Part shown: piece after piece, positions 57,479-64,000 of the stretch
Numbering within the stretch: the stretch's first letter is position 1
Layout: every line of letters starts with the position of its first letter
From: Spirochaetia bacterium
GTDB taxonomy: Bacteria; Spirochaetota; Spirochaetia; SZUA-6; Bin103
Direction: 5' to 3'
Assembly (NCBI GenBank): GCA_965203905.1
Contig: CBDBDQ010000005.1
Location: forward strand, 512,001-576,000
Length of the DNA: 64,000 bases
The notes under the pieces: model-generated
The model's database searches: none
What the model saw: the letters and a program-made list of their open reading frames with translations, nothing else
What the model was told of the DNA's origin: nothing
Position numbers and translations under genes: made by a program

Positions 57479-58403
57479 GCCACCGGCGGCGGCGTTGGGC
57501 AGGTGGTGGCTGGCGATCCGGCCGCGCACCCTGTGGGCGGCGGTGGCACCGGTGCTGGCCGGCAGCGCCCTGGCCCTGTGGCACGGCGCCTTCGCCCCCC
57601 TGTGGGCGCTGGTGGCGCTCGCCGGCGCGCTGTTGATCCAGGTGGGCTGCAACCTGCACAACGACTGGGCGGACGCGCGCCACGGCGCCGACACCGCGGC
57701 CCGCGTCGGCCCCACGCGGGTGACCCAGGCGGGGCTGATTCCACCGGCCCAGGTGCTCGGCGGCGCGGTTGCGATGTTTGCCGGCGCGGCGGCCCTGGGG
57801 GTGCTGGGCGTGGTGCGGGCCGGGTGGCCCCTGGCGCTGCTGCTGGCGGCCTGCATCGCGGCCGCCGTGAGCTACACCGGCGGCCCGCGGCCGCTCGGCT
57901 ACCTCGGGTTCGGCGACCTGCTGGTGCTGGTGTTCTTCGGCCCGGTGGCGGTGGGCGCGACCTACTACCTGCAGGCGCTGGCACTGCCGCCCCTGGTGGT
58001 CGCCGTCGGGCTGGGACCGGGTCTTCTGGCCACCGCCATCCTGGTGGTGAACAACGTGCGTGACCGCGTCACCGACGAGCAGAGCGGCAAGCGCACCCTG
58101 GCGGTCCGCTTCGGCGACCGCTTCGCCCGCCGCGAGTACCTGGCGTGCCTGCTGGCGGGCGTGCTGCTGCCGCCGGTCCTGCTGCTGGCGACCGGCTCCG
58201 GCGCCGCGCGCTGGCCCGCGCTGCTGCCGCTGGTGGCGCTGGTTCCCGCGTTGCGCCTGAACGCGGAGCTGCGCGGTACGGCCCCCGGCCCCGCCATGAA
58301 CGGGCTGCTGGCGCGTACCGCCCAGGTGCTCCTGCTGCAGGCGCTCCTGCTGCTGGCCGCTGCCGTCCTTGCCGCCCTGCTGGCCGCAGTGCGCTCCGGA
58401 TGA
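57471..58403 (+). CDS. menA: 1,4-dihydroxy-2-naphthoate octaprenyltransferase
   Basis: AIRPRTL, N..ND..D...G.D...RVGP.R, YTGGP.PLGY.G.GD, ILVVNNVRD..TD..SGKRTLAVR.G. Confidence 0.93.
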   Translation: MPEPPAAALGRWWLAIRPRTLWAAVAPVLAGSALALWHGAFAPLWALVALAGALLIQVGCNLHNDWADARHGADTAARVGPTRVTQAGLIPPAQVLGGAVAMFAGAAALGVLGVVRAGWPLALLLAACIAAAVSYTGGPRPLGYLGFGDLLVLVFFGPVAVGATYYLQALALPPLVVAVGLGPGLLATAILVVNNVRDRVTDEQSGKRTLAVRFGDRFARREYLACLLAGVLLPPVLLLATGSGAARWPALLPLVALVPALRLNAELRGTAPGPAMNGLLARTAQVLLLQALLLLAAAVLAALLAAVRSG

Positions 58404-59887
58404 TGCACGCGCCCGCCGCTGGCGACGCTGTCGCCACGCTGGCACCGGAAGAAATCCTCGACCTTACCGCCCTGGGCGAGCGCTTCGGTACCTCACCCGC
58501 GCTGCAATGGCACGGCCTGACGGTCAGCTATCGCGACTACGCGCGGCGTGTGGCGCGGACCGCGGCCGCCTTGGCCGAGGCAGGAGTGCGGCCGAACCAG
58601 CGCGTCGCGCTACCGGCCGAGCTCGATCCTCCGACCTGGGCCGCTACCCTGTTCGGCATCCTCGCGGCCGGCGCGGTGGCGGTGCTGCTGCCGGCCCGCG
58701 CCGCGCCGCGGGAACGGGAACGGCTGCTCGCGCAGACGCGCGCGATCAAGTGGCAGGGCAGGCCGGCGCAAGGTGCGCCGCGGCCGGCGCCGGTGCGCAT
58801 CGCCATCCACCGCCCGGCCACCGTGGTGTTCACCTCCGGCTCTACCGCCGCGCCCAAGGCGGTGGTGCACAGCACCGCCAACCACCTCTACAGCGCCGCC
58901 GGCTCGGCGGCGAACATCCCGCTGGAGCCTGAAGACACCTGGCTGGTGGTGCTGCCGCTCAGTCACGTGGCGGGGCTCAGTATCCTGTTCCGCACGCTCA
59001 GCGCCGGAGCCTGCGCGCTGTTCGCCGAGGGCGGCGCGTTCCGCGACGCCGACGACCCGGCCGCCCGCCTGCTGCCGGCCGCCACCCACGTGTCGCTGGT
59101 GCAGACGCAGCTTCGCCGCCTGCTGCAGATCCCCCGCTGGCAGGCGCTGACCGGATGCCTGCGCGCCGCCCTGATCGGCGGCAGCGCGCTCTCCGCACCG
59201 CTGCTGCGCCAGGCCCGTGACCAGGGGCTGCCGGTGTGCGCCTCCTACGGCTGCACGGAGATGGCCTCGCAGGTGGCCACCACCCGCCCCGGCGACCCCG
59301 ACGAGACCTTCACCGCGGCACGGGTCCTGCCGCACCGCAAGGCCGCGATCGCCGCCGACGGCGAGATCCTGCTGGGCGGCCGCACCCTGTGCCTTGGCTA
59401 CCTCGACCAGGAGCGCGTGCGGCCCGCTGCCGGCGCTGGCGGCTGGTTCGCCAGCGGTGACCTGGGCCGGCTCGACGATGGCAGACTGTCGGTCACCGGG
59501 CGCCGCGACGCCCGCTTCATCTCCGGCGGCGAGAACATCCAGCCTGAAGAGGTGGAGCAGGCGTTGCTCGAACACCCCGCGGTGCTGGCGGCGGTGTGCG
59601 TGGCGGTGCCGGACCCCGAGTTCGGCAGCCGGCCGGCAGCCTTTCTTGCCGTCGAGTCGGGTACGCTCCCCCCGCCCGACATCGAAGCCCACCTCGCCAC
59701 CCGGCTGGCGCGCTTCAAGCACCCGGCACACTATTTCGCCCTGCCGGCGACACCCTCCGGTTCAGCGACCAGCGCTACCGTCAGCGCCATCAAGCACTCC
59801 CGCAGCGCCCTCGCCGCCCTCGCCGCGCGCGCCATCTCCAAGCCGCGCCTGCGACAGCCGTCGCTGCCGTTGCCACAGCCAAACTGA
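58400..59887 (+). CDS. menE: o-succinylbenzoate-CoA ligase
   Basis: FTSGST..PK, LPLSHV.G, SLV.TQL, YG.TEMASQV, GR.D..FISGGENI.PEEVE; adjacent to menA. Confidence 0.88.
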   Translation: MMHAPAAGDAVATLAPEEILDLTALGERFGTSPALQWHGLTVSYRDYARRVARTAAALAEAGVRPNQRVALPAELDPPTWAATLFGILAAGAVAVLLPARAAPRERERLLAQTRAIKWQGRPAQGAPRPAPVRIAIHRPATVVFTSGSTAAPKAVVHSTANHLYSAAGSAANIPLEPEDTWLVVLPLSHVAGLSILFRTLSAGACALFAEGGAFRDADDPAARLLPAATHVSLVQTQLRRLLQIPRWQALTGCLRAALIGGSALSAPLLRQARDQGLPVCASYGCTEMASQVATTRPGDPDETFTAARVLPHRKAAIAADGEILLGGRTLCLGYLDQERVRPAAGAGGWFASGDLGRLDDGRLSVTGRRDARFISGGENIQPEEVEQALLEHPAVLAAVCVAVPDPEFGSRPAAFLAVESGTLPPPDIEAHLATRLARFKHPAHYFALPATPSGSATSATVSAIKHSRSALAALAARAISKPRLRQPSLPLPQPN

Positions 59888-59964
59888 CACTGTCGAAGTC
59901 CCGCCGCGGTGTGCCCGGTTCCCGTCGTGATACACTGCCATGCGGTGCATCAGGCGTACCGACG

Positions 59965-61680
59965 ATGAACTTCAACGCCACCAATACCACGTTCCGCCAA
60001 CTGATGGGTAACGGCCTCAGCTACCGGGTGCCGCCGTTCCAGCGCGACTACTCCTGGGGACCTGACGAGTGGGACGACCTGTGGCAAAGCATCGTCGCCC
60101 TGGTCGACGACGACCCCGAACCCGCGCATTACCTGGGCTACCTGGTGTTGCAGTCCGCGGATAATCGGGCATTCGACATCATCGACGGCCAGCAGCGCAT
60201 GACGACACTCAGCCTGCTGATGCTCGCCGCGGTTTCCCATCTGTCCGACTTGGCCGCGCCGGACGACCCGAGCGACCCGAGCGACCCGAGCGACCCGCAG
60301 ATACGGCGCGCGGAGCAGCTTCGCGCCAGCTACATCGGCTACCTGGATCCGGTCAGCCTGGTGCCGCGCTCGAAGCTCACGCTGAATCGCCACAACGACA
60401 GCTTCTATCAGAACTACCTGGTGCCGCTGGAGCGGCTGCCGCAGCGGGGACTGAACGCCTCCGAGCATCTCCTGCGGCGGGCCTTCTCCTGGTTCAAGGA
60501 GCGAATCAAGGAGCGATCGCAAGACGATGGAACAGGGGTTGCCAGCTTCGTCGATGGGGCGGTCGACAAGCTGTTCTTCACCGTGATCACGGTCACCGAC
60601 GAGCTCAATGCATTCAAGGTCCTCGAAACGCTGAATGCCCGCGGCGTACGCCTGTCGGCCACCGACCTGCTGAAGAACTACCTGTTCTCGGTGGTCGCCC
60701 GCGGCGATGCTCACGAGTCGGAAATCAACGCGTTGGAGCGCCGCTGGGAGGGTATCGTCGGACTGCTCGGGAGCGAGAGCTTGCCCGAGTTCCTGCGCGT
60801 GTACTGGAACAGCCGCAACCGCCTGGTCCGCAAGGCGGATCTGTTCAAAACCATTCGCAGCGTCATCGACGACCGCGGCAGCGCGTTCGCGCTGGTTCGC
60901 GACCTGGACCGCCAGGTGCGGGTATACGCGGCGCTGCGCAATCCCGATGACGGCTCGTGGAGCGCCGAGGAACGGGCCGGCCTGTCCCAGTTGCAGATGT
61001 TCAACGTGCGCCAACCCCTGGCCCTGCTGCTGGCCACATTCGAACGGTTCTCGGAACAGGACCGGATCGGGTTTGCACGCGTGCTGCGGGCGGTGGTCGT
61101 GGTTTCGTTGCGCTACAACGTGATCTGCGGGCGCCAGAGCAACGAGCAGGAGTCGGTCTTCAACCAGATAGCGGTCGCGATTTCAGAGCAGCGCATCGAC
61201 AGTCCCGGCGCGGCAATCGAGCAACTGCAACCGGTCTATCCGCAAGACAACGAGTTCCGGGCGGCATTCATCGACAAGACGCTGCGCACCACCAGCAGCC
61301 GCAACAAGAAGGTCGCGCGCTTCGTGTTATTCCAACTCGAACGGCATGCCTCCGGACGCAGCTTCGACTTTGAGAGTGCCAGATACGACATGGAGCACGT
61401 GCTGCCCGAACGCCCGGGCGAGGACTGGCAGCAGTTCGACGATCAGCAGCGCGAGGCGTGCACCTATCGTCTCGGCAACCTGACACTGCTGACCGCCACG
61501 CAAAATCGGGACGCCGGCAATTCCGGCTATCCGGCAAAGCGGGCAATCTACCACGGCAGCGAGTTTGCCATCACCCGCAAGCTCGCCGAGGACTACGACA
61601 CGTGGACCCCGGACAAGATCCGCTCGCGCCAGGCATGGATGGCCCGCCAGGCCACCACCATCTGGCGCATCGACTCCTGA
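59965..61680 (+). CDS. DUF262 + DUF1524 (HNH) protein, GmrSD/SspE-like nuclease
   Basis: VPPFQRDYSW, IIDGQQR, ETLNARG..LS..DLLKN, EHVLP, LGNLTLL...N. Confidence 0.9.
   Translation: MNFNATNTTFRQLMGNGLSYRVPPFQRDYSWGPDEWDDLWQSIVALVDDDPEPAHYLGYLVLQSADNRAFDIIDGQQRMTTLSLLMLAAVSHLSDLAAPDDPSDPSDPSDPQIRRAEQLRASYIGYLDPVSLVPRSKLTLNRHNDSFYQNYLVPLERLPQRGLNASEHLLRRAFSWFKERIKERSQDDGTGVASFVDGAVDKLFFTVITVTDELNAFKVLETLNARGVRLSATDLLKNYLFSVVARGDAHESEINALERRWEGIVGLLGSESLPEFLRVYWNSRNRLVRKADLFKTIRSVIDDRGSAFALVRDLDRQVRVYAALRNPDDGSWSAEERAGLSQLQMFNVRQPLALLLATFERFSEQDRIGFARVLRAVVVVSLRYNVICGRQSNEQESVFNQIAVAISEQRIDSPGAAIEQLQPVYPQDNEFRAAFIDKTLRTTSSRNKKVARFVLFQLERHASGRSFDFESARYDMEHVLPERPGEDWQQFDDQQREACTYRLGNLTLLTATQNRDAGNSGYPAKRAIYHGSEFAITRKLAEDYDTWTPDKIRSRQAWMARQATTIWRIDS
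60265..60297 (+). repeat. 9-bp tandem repeat GACCCGAGC (about 3.7 units) encoding DPS
   Basis: Read directly inside the DUF262 gene. Confidence 0.9.
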
Positions 61681-61703
61681 ACTGCAATACCCGTGGGATC
61701 AGC

Positions 61704-61823
61704 TCACTCGCGCTCCTGACTCCGGTCGTCGAGGAGTCGGAGCATCATGTGGCGAACGTGTTCCTGTCCGCCGAAGAACACCGCGAGGACGCGGACCACC
61801 CGGCATGCGTCACGGAAGGCCAT
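61704..61823 (-). pseudogene. parE: ParE/RelE-family toxin with large internal deletion (39 aa)
   Basis: MAFR-DACRV-VRVLAVFFGGQEHVRHMMLRLL: start overlapping the antitoxin stop, joined directly to a ParE-like C-terminus. Confidence 0.65.
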
Positions 61824-62082
61824 GCGCGCGGCGCTTCCCGGCAATCATCCGGTCCAGCCGTGCGTCCATCCGTTGCTCGCTGACGAACTCGCCTCCGCGC
61901 CGGCGGGACAGCAGCTCGCGCAGCGCTGCGTGCTCCAACTCCTCGGCGTCCATTCTTTGCCGCAGCAGGTCGACGCCTTGCTGCAACACCGCGCTGAGGC
62001 TTGCGTAGCGCCCCGCCTCCACCAGCGCTTTGGCAAAGGCGTGCTGCTGGTCGGTAAGCGAGACCGAGGACTTGACCGCCAC
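61810..62082 (-). CDS. parD: ParD-like ribbon-helix-helix antitoxin
   Basis: VKSSVSLTDQQHAFAKALVEAGRYASLSAVLQQGVDLLR (LV..GRY.S.S.V pattern). Confidence 0.8.
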   Translation of the reverse strand: MAVKSSVSLTDQQHAFAKALVEAGRYASLSAVLQQGVDLLRQRMDAEELEHAALRELLSRRRGGEFVSEQRMDARLDRMIAGKRRAHGLP

Positions 62083-62225
62083 ATTGAACCCCTTGGCATC
62101 AGGGTAGTACTCCGTAGCACCGCGGTCCATGGCTGGTCCCCGCCCCCGCCGATGCAGGAGGACGTGTCGTCTCTCGCGGCTTCCTCGACAGAGAGATCGG
62201 CGCGAGCCTATCATCTCGTTCTGCC

Positions 62226-63107
62226 ATGAGCTACGGCGAACTGATTTCGATCCGCGTTCGGGGACGGGGGGTCGAGAAGGAGCATTCCATCGAACGGTCC
62301 GCGGCTGCAGATCCGGGAGAGCCCCTGGATCGGTTCGCCGGCTACTCCTGGACTCACGCGGAGTGGGGCACCCGACACACGGAGATTGCCGCGCAGCTTG
62401 ACGACGAAGGCGCCGGAGCGGAGTCGGTAATCATCATCTCGGAGCTGCTGGCGGAGGAGCACTTCGACGACGAGGACTACGTCATACTGCGCGAGCAGGA
62501 CATCGTGTCGGAAGTGCGGGAGACCGCCTGGCGCCGGTTCGAGCGGGAGATCAACGACGAGATGGCGGCCTGGCTGGAGCACCATCGCGATCCTGACGAC
62601 AAGCACCTTGAGGAGGTGTTCGCGAAGTACGAGAAGCAAGCCCTGCGCATTCTCGAAGAGGAGTACGGGGAGTGGGAGATTCCGTTCGATCGCGACGCGG
62701 TGACCCGTCCCCGCAAGGAGACGCAGCGCGAACGGCGCTATCTGCTGCCGAGCCCGTTCGACTTCTGGGACAGCCGCAACAGCTATCAGCAGTATTTCTT
62801 TCTCAAGGGGTCGAAGACGGTCGCCAGCAGCGGCACCGGCAGTTCCGGGCAGCGCGCCAATCACACCATCTTCGGGCTCGGCTTCGCGCTTCACGACGCC
62901 GTACGACCGATACCGACCCAAATTCTGGTCTACGACCGCGACAACCGGGTCATCGAGGTCGACACGCTCGACCGCTTGTGCCTGGTCGCCCGCGACCTCG
63001 GTTCCAACTACGATCTGCCGCACCCCGAAGTGGAGGCCACCGTCGAGCACGTGCTGCGCTGCGACTGGAAGACCCACGACTGGACCTTCGAGCGGCCTCA
63101 GCCGTAG
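62226..63107 (+). CDS. Hypothetical acidic protein, 293 aa
   Basis: Long ORF with protein-like composition and GC-rich third positions; no family recognised. Confidence 0.7.
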   Translation: MSYGELISIRVRGRGVEKEHSIERSAAADPGEPLDRFAGYSWTHAEWGTRHTEIAAQLDDEGAGAESVIIISELLAEEHFDDEDYVILREQDIVSEVRETAWRRFEREINDEMAAWLEHHRDPDDKHLEEVFAKYEKQALRILEEEYGEWEIPFDRDAVTRPRKETQRERRYLLPSPFDFWDSRNSYQQYFFLKGSKTVASSGTGSSGQRANHTIFGLGFALHDAVRPIPTQILVYDRDNRVIEVDTLDRLCLVARDLGSNYDLPHPEVEATVEHVLRCDWKTHDWTFERPQP

Positions 63108-63231
63108 CTCCCGGCTCGACAGGGCAAATGATGCTGTACGCAGTGTACAGAAAATCCAATGCTTGCTCAGCCGTGATTAGGGTGAGGGACCGATCCGTTG
63201 CATGATGGCAGCTTTGCCAGAGGAGGCGCCG

Positions 63232-64000
63232 ATGCCGACCCGCCAGCAGGCCGAACAGTTCGAGAGGGACGGCTACTTCATTGCCGATGACGCCGTCGAC
63301 CCCGGCATGTTCGACGAACTAGCCGCCGCCGCGCGCCGCGTCAAGCACAAGGTCCGCTCTGGACAAGTCGATGTCTTCACCCACTGGGCCACCGACGAGA
63401 ACACCGAGCCGTGGGCGATCCGCGGCCTGCTGGCGCCCGAGTTCGACGAGCCGGTATTCGCCGAGTACCTGATGTCGAAGCCGGTCATGGACTACGTCCA
63501 CTACTTCATCGGCAGCGACCTGACCATGGGCGCGATCCTGATCTTCACCAATCCCCACCACGCCGACTACTCGATCGGCTGGCATCGCGACTGGGGCAAG
63601 CTGGAGCGCGACCCCGACTACGACGCGGAGATGGCGATCCTGGACCGACCACTCACGAGCTGGCGCTGGCACCTTGCGACGGTCGACGACGACGCCTTGC
63701 AACTGGTGCCGGGAACGCACCGCCGCTACCGCACCGCGCAGGAACGCCGCTGCCTGCTGGAGACTCGTGACGCGGACATCTCCGGTCAGTTGAGCATCAG
63801 GCTGAAGGCGGGCCAGGCCGTCTTCTGGTCCGGCAACACCATCCACCGCGGGCTCAATCGCAAGGACACCGAGCGCCTGACCGTGTCTGCCGGCTGGAGC
63901 GTGCACCAGAAAGGCGAGCCGGAACCGGTGGACGAGCGCCTGCGCTGGCGCCTGCGCGACGACGTGCGCGCCAACCTGCCCGCGCCACTGCTGCCCTACT
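63232..64000 (+). CDS. PhyH-family Fe(II)/2OG dioxygenase, partial (runs off the window)
   Basis: RBS AGGAGG, MPTRQQAEQFERDGYF, GWHRD, LQLVPGTH, AGQAVFW...IHRG. Absent from the ORF track because it has no stop in the window. Confidence 0.85.
   Translation, partial: MPTRQQAEQFERDGYFIADDAVDPGMFDELAAAARRVKHKVRSGQVDVFTHWATDENTEPWAIRGLLAPEFDEPVFAEYLMSKPVMDYVHYFIGSDLTMGAILIFTNPHHADYSIGWHRDWGKLERDPDYDAEMAILDRPLTSWRWHLATVDDDALQLVPGTHRRYRTAQERRCLLETRDADISGQLSIRLKAGQAVFWSGNTIHRGLNRKDTERLTVSAGWSVHQKGEPEPVDERLRWRLRDDVRANLPAPLLPY

Noticed and set aside
1-64000. tRNA, rRNA, known riboswitch, prophage, integron or reverse-transcriptase elements
   Set aside because: No recognisable signatures in the short intergenic regions or ORFs by eye; a covariance-model scan would be needed to exclude small RNAs fully.

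Overview
High-GC bacterial chromosomal window with about 55 genes. It is dominated by carbohydrate and small-molecule uptake and catabolism: two CUT1 sugar ABC loci, an orphan solute-binding protein and one Opp/Dpp-type ABC operon; 6 PhyH-family Fe(II)/2OG dioxygenases (one cut by the window end) plus a fragment; two mannonate-dehydratase-like paralogs flanking a DinB gene; three Asp-box/sialidase-like genes; two GH127-like paralogs; and aldolases, a lactonase, an SDR and aminotransferases. Three small defence/accessory patches and a solitary Rpn gene are interspersed: hsdM remnant + DUF1016 + ATPase; AAA-DUF4143 + AAA_21 + fused MNT-HEPN; DUF262-DUF1524 + ParD with a gutted ParE; and the Rpn nuclease, which has a clear internal RBS/start for an intragenic antitoxin. 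Housekeeping-type genes are MoxR/VWA, an M32 carboxypeptidase, menA and menE. The middle (about 24-44.8 kb) looks less GC-rich by eye and carries many gene fragments. SBP N-termini of the 'ASGE.EA.AAA' type hint at a spirochaete-like host (inference only). I saw no rRNA, tRNA or CRISPR array. All family calls come from motif recognition by eye; no database searches were run.
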